Assembly: GCA_016840065.1 (NCBI GenBank)
Contig: JAEOTB010000018.1
Span: forward strand, 1-58,482
Length of the DNA: 58,482 nucleotides
Direction of reading: 5' to 3'
From: Candidatus Hermodarchaeota archaeon
Lineage (GTDB): Archaea; Asgardarchaeota; Hermodarchaeia; Hermodarchaeales; Hermodarchaeaceae
Shown here: positions 1 to 10,180 of the stretch, in pieces
How positions within the stretch are numbered: position 1 is the stretch's first letter
Layout: every line of letters begins with the position of its first letter
Made by a program: the position numbers and the translations under genes
Notes under the pieces: model-generated
The model's input: only the letters and a program-made list of their open reading frames with translations
Database searches by the model: none
Told to the model about the DNA's origin: nothing

Positions 1-423
1 ACCGCATAAAGCGGCATATGGCAGAGGTAATAACGCGACGTAATGGAATAAGAGGGTCATTAAGACTCCTGTGATAAGTCCACCAATCAAGGAAAGCCGT
101 AAAAGCCGGGTCAGTAGTTGCCGGAACGGTACCATAGTACACGCCTTCTCAGCGGGCATACAACGATTGAAGCTATAGCCTCCTTCAAAGACAATAAGGG
201 CTACAGCTAACCCTACAACTGCTTGCAATAGGCTGCCATCCATCATCAAAACCATCTCCTGCGTGATGATGGAAAGTCCAATAGGACCGATCAATAGTCC
301 TGCAACTAAATAGAAGATGAGTCTAGGAAGATGGGTCAACTGGGATAAAATGCCGCTAAGGAAAGCAACAATGACCACTAGTGCAGCAAAGGCGACGACA
401 CCCACAACGAAATCTACAGCCAT
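1..423 (-). CDS. NhaP-type cation:proton antiporter, N-terminal part (runs off window start)
   Basis: Not in ORF track. Manual translation MAVDFVVGVVAFAALVVIVAFLSGILSQLTHLPRLIFYLVAGLLIGPIGL...AVALIVFEGG shows CPA1-type motifs (GxLIGP, LIxFEGG); GAGGT SD upstream. Confidence 0.8.
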   Translation of the reverse strand, partial: MAVDFVVGVVAFAALVVIVAFLSGILSQLTHLPRLIFYLVAGLLIGPIGLSIITQEMVLMMDGSLLQAVVGLAVALIVFEGGYSFNRCMPAEKACTMVPFRQLLTRLLRLSLIGGLITGVLMTLLFHYVALLPLPYAALCG

Positions 424-490
424 CACTGAAACCTCGTTAACAGGAAGGGTTGAGCTGTTATACTTTTATTCTTTAGGCTACAATCGAGGT

Positions 491-535
491 GGAAAAAGAA
501 GAAAAAAGGGTGAGGGGAGTCTATGTTACCTCCCC
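491..535 (-). terminator. Hairpin plus oligo-T tract downstream of the three-paralog cluster
   Basis: GGGGAG(514-519)/CTCCCC(530-535) stem followed on the minus strand by TTTTTTCTTCTTTTT. Confidence 0.45.
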
Positions 536-583
536 GAAGTTTGAAGAAAACGCTGAGTGTTAAGGCTTTACTAACTCATCACG

Positions 584-949
584 CTACACTGTAGCAGTGT
601 CTACGCGCCATTCTCCTCCCGAGTCTTTATCGCGGCGGATGTGTATAGGGAGCGGAGATCCGCTCTCATTTCCGTCACGATTCACTCGTTGGAACCAAAT
701 TTTCCAGTACTCCTCGTTAATCTCCTGGTCCTTAGTGGGGAGATACACGTATGTGTAACCAAACTTGACCTGCATACGCTGTGCTGCGCGCCAATATAGG
801 TCAGGACTAGACCCATACTGGTCTGCCCGTCCTTGATGCCATTTACTGAAGGTCTTTAGCCACGCGTCACGGTCTTGTTTCTCAATCAGCTTGTAGAACA
901 GCTGAGCGATTTCTTGTGGGCTCATGCCCGGTTTAACAGTCGTCTTCAA
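584..949 (-). CDS. Hypothetical protein, tandem paralog 1 (possible NTF2/cystatin-like fold)
   Basis: Shares EIAxLFYK, YGSSPDxYWRA, WFQR, PLPI and SGGEWRVDxAT with two neighbours; start re-called to TTG949 after a GGAGG SD. Confidence 0.75.
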   Translation of the reverse strand: MKTTVKPGMSPQEIAQLFYKLIEKQDRDAWLKTFSKWHQGRADQYGSSPDLYWRAAQRMQVKFGYTYVYLPTKDQEINEEYWKIWFQRVNRDGNESGSPLPIHIRRDKDSGGEWRVDTATV

Positions 950-1050
950 CGCCTCCAAAAATTGGATAATTTTTCTAACTCTTTTCAACTAGGGTTTTTA
1001 GTTCTTTGGGGCTCCAAAGCAAATGAAGAATCTAAATCGGAGGACCATTG

Positions 1051-1389
1051 CTAGATTGTCGCTACGTCAACTCTCCATTCGCCGCCAGATTCCTCATCAC
1101 GCATAATCCTGATGGGCAGCGGCATGCCAGTCTCTGTTCCATCAGCTTTAATCCGCTGGAACCAGAACCGACAGCTATCCTCGCTTCTCTCGTCCCTCTC
1201 TGGAAGGTAACGGTAGGTACACTTGATTTTCGAATATGCCCGCCAATATAGGTCGGGTGATGATCCGTAGCTTTTAGCAGTGCGCTGATGGTAGGCAGTG
1301 AAGGTGGCTAGCCACTCTTCCTTGTTACCTTCTGCCATATGCTTGTAGAATAGTTGGGCTATTTCTTCGGGGGGTAATCCGGTTTTCAT
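1051..1389 (-). CDS. Hypothetical protein, tandem paralog 2
   Basis: Same motifs; GAGGTG SD before the ATG. Confidence 0.85.
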   Translation of the reverse strand: MKTGLPPEEIAQLFYKHMAEGNKEEWLATFTAYHQRTAKSYGSSPDLYWRAYSKIKCTYRYLPERDERSEDSCRFWFQRIKADGTETGMPLPIRIMRDEESGGEWRVDVATI

Positions 1390-1404
1390 TCAAAGACACC
1401 TCAA

Positions 1405-1746
1405 CTAGATAGTGGCGACATCAACACGCCATTCTCCGCCTGAGTCTGTGTCGCGGATGACGGTGATGGGTAGTGGCATTCCTGTTTCTTTTCCATCGGA
1501 TTTGATTCGCTGGAACCAGAACTTGCATCGGGTGTCGCCGATTTCATCTCTCCCGGAGATGTACTTGTAGGTGTACTTGGCTCTCTGATAAGCTCTCCAG
1601 TAAAAATCTGGGGATGAACCGTATCGGTCTGCTACGCTCTGGTGGTGAGCTGTGAAGCATTTGAGCCATTCTTCTTTGTTCTCTTCTGATAGGAGCTTGT
1701 AGAAGAGTTCTGCAATTTCTTGAGGAGAAATTCCTGACTTTACTAT
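1405..1746 (-). CDS. Hypothetical protein, tandem paralog 3
   Basis: Same motifs; start uncertain (ATA at 1746 after GAGGCG SD matches paralog length; ORF open to 1791). Confidence 0.75.
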   Translation of the reverse strand: MVKSGISPQEIAELFYKLLSEENKEEWLKCFTAHHQSVADRYGSSPDFYWRAYQRAKYTYKYISGRDEIGDTRCKFWFQRIKSDGKETGMPLPITVIRDTDSGGEWRVDVATI

Positions 1747-1819
1747 TTTTATCGCCTCAAAACTAGGGGGGAATTCAGTTAGAAACCTCAAAAATAGAGG
1801 CTAAAAGCTTTTTCTTTTA

Positions 1820-2791
1820 CTAGTCGAGGCTTGTTTCGAGGGATTTGAGGAAGAGTTCGGGGTCTAGGCGTCCTGCCGTGTGGAATTGGCCAGTGCGGAG
1901 ATCGGATATTGATATCATTGCGGGAGCGAAGAGGCCAGGGTCTATCTTGTAGAAGTCACCTTTTGCCTCCTTGAATATCTGGCGGAAAGGTTTGCCATAG
2001 GATGAGGAGGTGGAAGAGGGTACTTTCTCTATGAGTGAAGCTATATCGTCTCCCTCAGTAGATTGAATGTAGAAGAAGGTTTGTCCCATCATCAGGATGG
2101 CGTCGTTTGTCAGTCCCATTGCTCGGTTGTCTTTGCGTGCGATGGGCACAATAGGAGTGATGCCTGTTCCGCTAAGGATTTTGTGAGGGTCGAACTTGAG
2201 GTTTTCGAGTTTGTGGATGGGTGTTTCTACGATGCGGGCGGCAATCTGGACTGATCCGACGATGCTGGCGGTTGGAGCGACTATAAGGTGTAGGTGCTCG
2301 GGTGTCACTCCACATTTTTCGGCGATGTGTTCACAGACTGCTGAACCAGGAATTGTTCTAGTTTCTAGCAGTAGTACCGCTTCATTGTGTGTATCCTTGT
2401 AGTGGAGGTGGTCGAAGAGTTTCTTTTCAACACGGGCAAGGGCACGTGCTGGACCTGACCCCAAAGCGAAAAAGTCATCAACTTTGATGCTCCATCCTGC
2501 AACTTGTGCGCCAAGGCAGGCAAGGGCAGGATCATCGGTCCTGACTCGGGCGGCGGGAAAGAAATGTTCACCAACAGCCGTAGTACCAATATCTACTGTA
2601 CCGAGTCCTCCCATGCAAACTTCTGAGACGAGTCTTCCAGCCTCAAGACTCCCAGGAGCCTCAATGCCGCAGTCGATGATTGTAGTCTTGCTTTTATCGC
2701 GATGAATTTTCACACGCAACGCATCGCTGTTCTTAACGAGCTGCTTTACAGCACCCATAGCTAATTTGTTCAGGCTACGCTTTTCTGTCAT
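1820..2791 (-). CDS. mch: Methenyltetrahydromethanopterin cyclohydrolase
   Basis: EVCMGGLG, ACLGAQxAGW, LGSGPARALA, APTASIVGSVQIAAR, FYKIDPGLFAPA. Confidence 0.95.
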   Translation of the reverse strand: MTEKRSLNKLAMGAVKQLVKNSDALRVKIHRDKSKTTIIDCGIEAPGSLEAGRLVSEVCMGGLGTVDIGTTAVGEHFFPAARVRTDDPALACLGAQVAGWSIKVDDFFALGSGPARALARVEKKLFDHLHYKDTHNEAVLLLETRTIPGSAVCEHIAEKCGVTPEHLHLIVAPTASIVGSVQIAARIVETPIHKLENLKFDPHKILSGTGITPIVPIARKDNRAMGLTNDAILMMGQTFFYIQSTEGDDIASLIEKVPSSTSSSYGKPFRQIFKEAKGDFYKIDPGLFAPAMISISDLRTGQFHTAGRLDPELFLKSLETSLD

Positions 2792-2795
2792 TATT

Positions 2796-3680
2796 CTATC
2801 CACCAAGACTTGTGTTATTCTCACTCAGGAAGAGGAGTTCACCTTGACCGCCAGCCGCAAAGTCACCAGTGAACCGGCGGTAGGGCCCCTCGCGCTCTTT
2901 TTCTGTGAATTTAATACCAGGGATTTCACCTTCAATAGCATCAAAGAGGAGGCGGAGGAAGAGCATCGACCTGTATTCACCATTGTATACATGTGTAGGC
3001 AACAATTCGGTCGCTTGACCAATTGCGATGATGCTGCCCTTGTAGCGCATTGAGGCGCCTGCTCGATCTCCGAGTTTACCCCTTACAAAAATCGTACCTG
3101 CTAGCATTCGCGTTCCAGTGAAGGCGCCAGTGTCGCCTTCAGCCACGATGACGCCGCGGCGCATCCCCATTCCTAACTCGTGACCTGTGTTCCCTTTGAT
3201 GTGGAGGCTACCCCCCTTCATTCCATACTTACTTCCCAGATAAGCAGAGGCGGCTTTATCGCCAACATTTCCCTCTACTAGGATTCTGCCGCCAGACATC
3301 TCGGCACCTACCCAATGATCTGCGTTGCCTTGGATATGAATGAACCCGCCTTTCATTTGGGTGCCGCAGTGCATCCCCACATCGCCGTGAATGATGATTT
3401 TTCCTCTTTCCATACCTTTACCCAGATGACGAACAGTCGGAATCGGACCGTGGATATCAAGAGTTGGACCGCCCATGTCTAGTCCCGCGGAGAAACCTGC
3501 TCTAAAGAGTTTACCAAGTTGAACTTGCTTGTTCCCGTGCCAGAGTTTGATTTTCCTGATTTTCTCTATTGATTTTCCAACAATGATATCAGGTGTCAGA
3601 ACACTTGCATTAATAGGGATGTGGTCATCAGGGTCAATTTCTGAATGGAAGACAACTTTTGTACCGGATCGTTTTGGCAT
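2796..3680 (-). CDS. fwdC: Formylmethanofuran dehydrogenase subunit C
   Basis: GXGXG beta-helix repeats (GxxMxGG), MRRGVI, N-terminal TPD motif. Confidence 0.93.
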   Translation of the reverse strand: MPKRSGTKVVFHSEIDPDDHIPINASVLTPDIIVGKSIEKIRKIKLWHGNKQVQLGKLFRAGFSAGLDMGGPTLDIHGPIPTVRHLGKGMERGKIIIHGDVGMHCGTQMKGGFIHIQGNADHWVGAEMSGGRILVEGNVGDKAASAYLGSKYGMKGGSLHIKGNTGHELGMGMRRGVIVAEGDTGAFTGTRMLAGTIFVRGKLGDRAGASMRYKGSIIAIGQATELLPTHVYNGEYRSMLFLRLLFDAIEGEIPGIKFTEKEREGPYRRFTGDFAAGGQGELLFLSENNTSLGG

Positions 3681-3850
3681 GGCTTTTTCACCATTTGATG
3701 TGGTCTAGCTCTTATAGGGGAAGCTACTATAACTAGGCTTAAACTGACCTAAACGGTTTAGGGTTGTACGGTAAGCTGTATAAAAAATTGGCGAGTAAAC
3801 CAATGCTGCGCTCTTAGGGGCGATAACAGAAACTAGATGGAGAGAATAGC

Positions 3851-5026
3851 TTGAACCCTGGCTATGTGAAGCTAGACCTGTTCTGTAGGGGTCTACGCAT
3901 CGATAAAAGCTGCGAATTAGAAAAAGACGGCACGCCCATACTCCGTACGCGGGGTGGTTTGGGGAGTGGTCTTGAGATGATTCTCCCCGAAGATGTTCAC
4001 GTCAATGCCCCGGTCGTGGAACATTTCTGCCTGAAATCTCCATATGCTTTACACAAAGAAAATGGAAGGTACGTGTTACGGAAAGCCGGGGATTTTGTTT
4101 TCGAGGTGACCTTACCAAAGGAGCCCAAATTCTATTCACAAAAAGCGAGTTCTGGGAAACAGATGTCTAGGATTGGGGTGATGCAGGGCACGTACCTGGC
4201 TATTTATCCTACAAAGGTGTGCGGGTTCTGGACCATGAAGCCCAGACAGAACTGCAGGTTCTGTTCTGTAGGACTAACCTTAGGAGAGACAGAAGAGCTT
4301 GAAAAGACCGTAGAAGAAGTAGTCGAAACAGTCCAAGCTGCACGAAAAGAAGTAGGCATCACATTTGTACATTTCAATACCGGATTCTACGAGGGCACAT
4401 CACTGGATGAACTTGAACCTTACATAAGGGCAGTAAAGGAAAGAACAGGGCTGCTAATAGGCGTGCAATGCCCTCCCTCCAAGAGTCTGGAAAAGTATGA
4501 TAGACTAAAAGAACTGGGTGTCAATCATGTCTCGTTCTGCCTAGAGATATTTGACCCTAGAAGATTCAAGGAGGTATGCCCTGGAAAACATCAATACCTA
4601 GGGCAGAAAGCATACATGGATGCTATGGAGTATTGTGTGGATCTATTCGGAAAGGGAAAAGTTTCTGGTGAGATAATCGCGGGATTAGAAAGAACAGAAA
4701 GTACGATTGAAGCCATAGAGCACTTTGCTTCCAAAGGAATCGTGAGTAATGTGTGCGTGTTTCGACCCTGTGTTGGAACAGATTTGGAAAAGGAGAACCC
4801 GCCTAGAACCGATGACATGGTTCCCATCTTTATGAGGGTCTACGAAGTATGTCTGGAAAACAACATTCCTATAGGCATTGCACCAAACATACTCGTTAGC
4901 ATCATCATGCTCCCAGATGAAGGCAAATACCTAACTGAAAGGAGATACCTATGGAAGAGGGTGCGTCTAGGAATATTGAAGGCTCTTTTCAGGACATATT
5001 TCAAACTGAAATTATTGAGGGTTTAG
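3851..5026 (+). CDS. Radical SAM protein with atypical CX10CX2C motif
   Basis: CGFWTMKPRQNCRFC, FxxVCPGK, IIAGLE, FRPxxGT; basic amphipathic C-terminus. Confidence 0.85.
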   Translation: MNPGYVKLDLFCRGLRIDKSCELEKDGTPILRTRGGLGSGLEMILPEDVHVNAPVVEHFCLKSPYALHKENGRYVLRKAGDFVFEVTLPKEPKFYSQKASSGKQMSRIGVMQGTYLAIYPTKVCGFWTMKPRQNCRFCSVGLTLGETEELEKTVEEVVETVQAARKEVGITFVHFNTGFYEGTSLDELEPYIRAVKERTGLLIGVQCPPSKSLEKYDRLKELGVNHVSFCLEIFDPRRFKEVCPGKHQYLGQKAYMDAMEYCVDLFGKGKVSGEIIAGLERTESTIEAIEHFASKGIVSNVCVFRPCVGTDLEKENPPRTDDMVPIFMRVYEVCLENNIPIGIAPNILVSIIMLPDEGKYLTERRYLWKRVRLGILKALFRTYFKLKLLRV

Positions 5027-5027
5027 G

Positions 5028-5891
5028 ATGAAGAATTACCTTCTATTACTCAGACCCTTTACGTTAATAGCGCCATTCATCGCCTTCCTTACAGCAGCGA
5101 TAATAGCTATGAACGTGGAGCCCATTGTCGGTTTCACATCATTAGTTCTTATCGGGGCCTTAGCCTCAATGCTCGCCAATGGTGCCTCCAACGCAATAAA
5201 TCAGGTTTTCGATATTGATGTAGATAGAATTAACAAACCCGAGCGACCCCTTCCCTCAGGAAGGTTAACCCGAAAACAAGCAGGAATCTTTGGTGGAGCC
5301 ATCTACGCTGCCTCGGTAATCCTTTCCTATCTAGTAAATCAGGTTTTCTTCGTAATCATGTTGATTACTGTGGTAATCACTTTCTTCTATTCAGCTCCGC
5401 CCCTTAGACTCAAGAATCATACAATGCTCTCTAACCTGTCTATAGCCTTGGTCAGGGGTTGCTTATTATTCGTCGCGGGCTGGGTAACCATCAAACCTGT
5501 TGAGTTTCCACTGCCGTGGTTCATAGGAGGTTTATTTGGATTCTATCTTCTGGGAGCAGCCACTACAAAGGATTTCAGTGATATCAAAGGAGATCGGGTC
5601 TTCCGGGTTATGACATTACCTGTAAGATTTGGTCCAAAGAGGGCAGCACAAATCATCTCCCCATTCTTCGTTTTACCGTTCCTTCTAATCCCAGTCGGTG
5701 TATCTTTCACCATACTTTCTGTAACAGCTCTACCACTTACGATGTTAGCTGTCTACGGACTATACATTGTATACCTGCTTCTAAGAAAACCAGATGAGCT
5801 AACATTGGAAGGAAATCACATCTCTTGGAAGCACATGTACCTTCTGTTTGTGATTACGTACCTGGGCTTTGCTTTGGCATATGTGATTTGA
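5028..5891 (+). CDS. UbiA-family prenyltransferase
   Basis: LLRP N-terminus, NQxxDxxxDxxNKPxRPLPSG, YSAPPLRLK, KDFSDxxGD, multiple TM helices. Confidence 0.92.
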   Translation: MKNYLLLLRPFTLIAPFIAFLTAAIIAMNVEPIVGFTSLVLIGALASMLANGASNAINQVFDIDVDRINKPERPLPSGRLTRKQAGIFGGAIYAASVILSYLVNQVFFVIMLITVVITFFYSAPPLRLKNHTMLSNLSIALVRGCLLFVAGWVTIKPVEFPLPWFIGGLFGFYLLGAATTKDFSDIKGDRVFRVMTLPVRFGPKRAAQIISPFFVLPFLLIPVGVSFTILSVTALPLTMLAVYGLYIVYLLLRKPDELTLEGNHISWKHMYLLFVITYLGFALAYVI

Positions 5892-5940
5892 TGCAAACTT
5901 TATTATCTCACTTTAGTTCAACAAGTGCGGGGTTCGCAAC

Positions 5941-6840
5941 ATGGAACTAAATGGAGTAGAAGTAGAAGATACCTATGCCGAAGCCTTTGACATGCAAGTC
6001 GCTCGGATTCTGTTTACCGCTGTTTCCCAAGAGTGGGCTAAAACTGCCGCGTTAAGCACCGCTGGCTTCGCAACCTCTGTAATTGAATGCAAAATTGAAG
6101 CAGGGATAGATCGCATTATCCCGGCCTCCGAAACGCCCGATGGACGACCCGGAATCACTCTCCTTTTTGCTGCCCTCAAGACAAAGAATCTTGTGAAACA
6201 GCTCAGGAAACGTACAGGTCAATGCATTCTGACCTGTCCAACAACAGCTGTCTTTAACGCTCTAGAGGATGCAACAGAATGGACTGATGTCGGTGACCAG
6301 CTCAGATACTTCGGGGATGGGTTTGAAGATCGGAAACGTGTTGGCGAGAAGTTTCTCATGTGGCGCATCCCTGTAATTGAAGGCGAGTTCATAATTGATG
6401 AGAAATTCGGCATCGCCAAGGGTGTCGGCGGCGGGAACTTGATTTTAATGGGCAAGTCGCCTGAACAGACTCTTAAAGCAGCCGAAAACGCTGTCGCTGC
6501 AATCCATAAAGTGGATGGATGCGTCGCCCCATTCCCAGGCGGTATCTGCCGAAGCGGCAGCAAAGTCGGTGCTAATCGCCACCAATTTCTCAAAGCCACC
6601 ACCAACACGCGCCTCTGCCCCACTCTTCGCGAACAGGTTCCTGACAGCCTAGTTCCCAAGGGCGTTAATAGCGTCTTAGAGATTGTGCTCAATGGTCTTA
6701 ATCGTCAAGCCGTTGAAGCTGGAATGCGGGCAGCCCTTCATGCAGCAACGAAATCTCCTGGCCTCGTTCGTGCATCAGCTGTCAACTTCGAAGGGAAGCT
6801 AGGTCAACACAAGATCCATCTGAAAAACCTAGTAGATTAG
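5941..6840 (+). CDS. ftr: Formylmethanofuran--tetrahydromethanopterin N-formyltransferase
   Basis: EDTYAEAF, GFATSVI, TPDGRPG, GQCILTCPTTA, PFPGGICRSGSK. Confidence 0.96.
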   Translation: MELNGVEVEDTYAEAFDMQVARILFTAVSQEWAKTAALSTAGFATSVIECKIEAGIDRIIPASETPDGRPGITLLFAALKTKNLVKQLRKRTGQCILTCPTTAVFNALEDATEWTDVGDQLRYFGDGFEDRKRVGEKFLMWRIPVIEGEFIIDEKFGIAKGVGGGNLILMGKSPEQTLKAAENAVAAIHKVDGCVAPFPGGICRSGSKVGANRHQFLKATTNTRLCPTLREQVPDSLVPKGVNSVLEIVLNGLNRQAVEAGMRAALHAATKSPGLVRASAVNFEGKLGQHKIHLKNLVD

Positions 6841-6893
6841 GGCGCCTACTATCATCATTACTAGTAGCCTTGAGTAGTTAGTCAGGGTCTGAT

Positions 6894-7034
6894 TCAGGAG
6901 AGGTATTTCTCCGGTTCCTTCTCGAACCTTGCTTTGCACACGGGACAACAGAAGAAGTAGGTCTGTCCCTCGTGTTCCGTCCAATGCTTGCTGGTTTCTT
7001 CTACTTCCATGTTACAAACCGGGTCTTTTGCCAT
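6894..7034 (-). CDS. YHS/TRASH-domain metal (copper) chaperone, 46 aa
   Basis: Below ORF-track cutoff. MAKDPVCNMEV...YFFCCPVCKARFEKEPEKYLS; GAGGTG SD 6 nt upstream; divergent from the copA operon. Confidence 0.88.
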   Translation of the reverse strand: MAKDPVCNMEVEETSKHWTEHEGQTYFFCCPVCKARFEKEPEKYLS

Positions 7035-7072
7035 GTGTTTCACCTCTTTAGCTGGATGTGTCACCTATGATA

Positions 7073-7139
7073 TATCGGTATCGATACATTATTAAATATC
7101 TTTCTCTATTATGAAAATAAATAATACTACTTATAGTAT
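7073..7139. promoter_or_regulatory. Candidate operators in the divergent copper promoter
   Basis: Palindromes TATCG-N4-CGATA (7073-7086) and ATACTA-N4-TAGTAT (7124-7139) flanking AT-rich TATA-like sequence. Confidence 0.45.
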
Positions 7140-7170
7140 GACACAAAACTAGAAAATAACGGTGACATAA

Positions 7171-7626
7171 CTGAACCAACAACCCTTCGAAGATGTTCTG
7201 GATGACTTCTCAAAATTCTATATTCTAATCATCCTACACGAGGCTCCTAGTCATGGCTACGGTATTATGTCTAAGTATCGCCGGCGAACAGGTCGACCCT
7301 TGAGCGCAGGAACCCTCTACCCATTCTTACAACAGTTAGATCAACAAGGCGCTGTTACCTCCTGTGATAAACCAGTTGGAAGACGACCACGTCGAGAGTA
7401 TCAACTAACCTCAAAGGGGCGCAAAGCCGTTGGGCAACTCTTTCGCCGTTTTGCCTCTATTACAGCCGCAGCCTTTGAATCCAACTTGGAAGTCTGTGCC
7501 AGTTGCGGATGCAAGGTATATGAGGGGACTTACTTTGAAGAAATCCAAGGAAAACGACTCGCGTTTTGTTGCGGTCATTGCGCCAACTCTTACAAATCCA
7601 GCCTAAAGGAGGGCTCATCCTCATGA
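7171..7626 (+). CDS. PadR-family regulator with C-terminal TRASH metal-binding domain
   Basis: FYILIIL..P.HGYGIM, GTLYP, YQLTxKG; CASCGC...FCCGHC. The frame opens at CTG7171 immediately after an in-frame TAA, with a GGTGA SD. Confidence 0.88.
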   Translation: MNQQPFEDVLDDFSKFYILIILHEAPSHGYGIMSKYRRRTGRPLSAGTLYPFLQQLDQQGAVTSCDKPVGRRPRREYQLTSKGRKAVGQLFRRFASITAAAFESNLEVCASCGCKVYEGTYFEEIQGKRLAFCCGHCANSYKSSLKEGSSS

Positions 7627-10058
7627 GTGAACAAGATCAACAAGAAGGCAAATCAAAACGAGTGTCCATGAGAATCGAAGGAATGCATTGCGCATCTTGT
7701 GTAGCCTCTATCGAGCAGGCACTACTAGAGCATGAAAGTGTAGCCAGGGCTTCTGTCAGCCTTCTAGACGAGAAAGCTGTCATTGAATTCAACCCAGAGC
7801 TCGCTGACCGGGAAACACTAGAAAAAATCGTCAAGACAACGGGCTATAAACCCCAACGGGCAAAGATGATATTCACCCTAACACCTCAACCCCAAGAAGA
7901 CGAATGGGAAAACATCACGGAATCAGTCGAACAGATAGATGGTGTCATAACGACATCTACCTATCACTCAACTAGTCGACTCCTCATAGAATACGATGAA
8001 ACTCTTGTAACCTTCAAGATAATCAAGAAACGACTGCAAAGACTTGGATTTGACGCTGGTGAAAGTGAAGTTTCCGACATCGACCGGGAAACCTTGGCTC
8101 GCGAACGTGAAATACGGTACTACTCACGACTCCTAGCATTCTCAGCTACACTGACAGTTCCTGTAATACTCCTTATGTTTGCACCTTGGTTAATACTCCC
8201 CCTTCTACCATCCTGGCTCTCACCAACGCTATTTAGCTTCATACTAGTCACTCCTATCCAATTCATAGCAGGATATCCTTTCTACAAAGCGAGCCTTCGA
8301 GCAGCCAGACATGGTAAAACAAACATGGATACCCTAATCATGTTAGGCACAAGTGCGGCTTACTTCTATTCCGTGGCAGCCACCTTTCTTCTTGCAGGGC
8401 TCAGCCCATTCTATGATACCTCTGCAATGCTGATTACATTCATTCTCCTAGGTAGAACTCTTGAGGCCATCGCCAAGGGCCGCACATCACGGGCAATACG
8501 AGCTCTAATGGATTTACAAGCCAAAGTTGCCGTGGTTATTCGAGATGGTAAAGAAATCACAATACCGATTGAAGACGTTGAAGTAGGAGACAATATCCTC
8601 GTAAAACCTGGTGAGAAGATACCAGTCGACGGCGAAGTAATCGGTGGACAATCATCGGTAGACGAATCCATGGTGACTGGCGAGTCACTACCAGTTAGCA
8701 AACATGCAGGTGACGCAGTGGTTGGCGCGACGATGAACCAAAACGGTGTGCTCACAGTTCGCGCAACGAAGGTGGGTCAGGATACGGTTCTCTCTCAAAT
8801 CGTCAGAATGGTGGAGGAAGCACAAGCTCAGAAACCGCCAATCCAGCGAATGGCGGATCGCATTGCAGGGGTTTTCGTACCGATTGTGCTTTTTATTGCA
8901 TTTTCAACTTTTGCAATCTGGTTCCTTATATCAGGTCAAGATTGGGTGAGGGCTCTCAGTTTCACGATTGCGGTTCTAGTTGCTGCTTGTCCTTGTGCGC
9001 TAGGGCTGGCCACACCGACTGCTCTGATGGTAGGAATTGGTCGCGGTGCTCAACTCGGAATCCTCATCAAATCTGGTGCAGGTCTTGAAATAGTCCCCAA
9101 GATTGACACAGTAGTCTTTGATAAAACAGGAACCCTAACAGTTGGAAGACCCACAGTAACCGATATTATCCCAGCAAAAGGTGTTGAAGCGGAACAGGCA
9201 TTGGCTCTGGTCGCTGCAGTGGAGAAGAACAGTGAGCATCCCCTAGCAGATGCGATTGTAAAGTACGCTGGGGAAAAGAGTATAGAGATTCCAACAGCAA
9301 TCAAATTTGCGGCTATATCAGGTCGAGGTGTTAGGGCAGAAGTAGATGGAGCAGTTATTCGGGTGGGTAGTGATGTGTTTATGCGTGAGAACTCGATTGA
9401 CATCACTGAACTGGAAGTTCACCTTGAAGGTTTGCAGCGCGAAGGAAAGACGACCGTATTTGCCGCCAAGAATGACGAACCACTGGTTCTTCTCGGAATC
9501 GCTGACACATTGAAAGATAACTCAGCACAGGCAGTTGAGCGACTGCAACAAATGGGAATTGATGTAATCATGCTAACTGGCGACAAAGAGAGAACAGCCC
9601 AAGCCATCGCGAGGAATGTAGGAATAGAGAAAGTACTAGCAGAAGTGCTACCTGGAGACAAAGCAAGTCAAATTGAGAAGCTCCAATCCCAAGGCCAAGT
9701 AGTTGCCATGACTGGAGACGGAGTAAACGATGCACCTGCACTAGCTCAAGCCGACGTGGGAATTGCTCTGGGATCAGGCACCGATGTATCTGTAGAAACA
9801 GGAGACATTGTACTCGTAAAAGATGATTTGATGGATGTCGTTGCCGCTATCGAGCTAGGAAAGAGAACTATGACAAAAATAAAACAGAACTTCTTCTGGG
9901 CACTGATCTACAACCTTATCCTGCTTCCAGTCGCCGCAGGTCTCCTATCACCTTTTGTTATCTTACAGCCTGAATGGGCGGCACTAGCTATGACCTTTTC
10001 TAGTGTGAGCGTAGTAACCAATGCACTGCTTTTGGGAAGGTTCAAAGCTAGTCAATAA
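7623..10058 (+). CDS. copA: Copper-translocating P1B-type ATPase
   Basis: GMHCASC HMA domain, [33 protein letters not shown] and MxxSS; ATGA overlap with the regulator. Confidence 0.95.
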   Translation: MSEQDQQEGKSKRVSMRIEGMHCASCVASIEQALLEHESVARASVSLLDEKAVIEFNPELADRETLEKIVKTTGYKPQRAKMIFTLTPQPQEDEWENITESVEQIDGVITTSTYHSTSRLLIEYDETLVTFKIIKKRLQRLGFDAGESEVSDIDRETLAREREIRYYSRLLAFSATLTVPVILLMFAPWLILPLLPSWLSPTLFSFILVTPIQFIAGYPFYKASLRAARHGKTNMDTLIMLGTSAAYFYSVAATFLLAGLSPFYDTSAMLITFILLGRTLEAIAKGRTSRAIRALMDLQAKVAVVIRDGKEITIPIEDVEVGDNILVKPGEKIPVDGEVIGGQSSVDESMVTGESLPVSKHAGDAVVGATMNQNGVLTVRATKVGQDTVLSQIVRMVEEAQAQKPPIQRMADRIAGVFVPIVLFIAFSTFAIWFLISGQDWVRALSFTIAVLVAACPCALGLATPTALMVGIGRGAQLGILIKSGAGLEIVPKIDTVVFDKTGTLTVGRPTVTDIIPAKGVEAEQALALVAAVEKNSEHPLADAIVKYAGEKSIEIPTAIKFAAISGRGVRAEVDGAVIRVGSDVFMRENSIDITELEVHLEGLQREGKTTVFAAKNDEPLVLLGIADTLKDNSAQAVERLQQMGIDVIMLTGDKERTAQAIARNVGIEKVLAEVLPGDKASQIEKLQSQGQVVAMTGDGVNDAPALAQADVGIALGSGTDVSVETGDIVLVKDDLMDVVAAIELGKRTMTKIKQNFFWALIYNLILLPVAAGLLSPFVILQPEWAALAMTFSSVSVVTNALLLGRFKASQ

Positions 10059-10180
10059 AGTGAAAATGCTTGATAGAAGCACTCAAAACTCATACTCCAA
10101 AACATCTCTCAAAAAAAGTATAGAAGAAGGTTTAATTGCCATTAAATCAAGGTTATAGTGATTCAAATCGGGGAATCTGC

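Noticed and set aside
317-544. 75-aa plus-strand ORF
   Set aside because: Antisense to the antiporter gene and runs through a terminator-like tract
584-1791. Repeated DNA blocks as a CRISPR array or DGR template/variable repeats
   Set aside because: The repeats are coding paralogy with substitutions not confined to adenines; no spacers, cas genes or reverse transcriptase in the window
6894-6896. TGA read-through in the YHS protein
   Set aside because: The protein ends at the normal YHS terminus (PEKYL)
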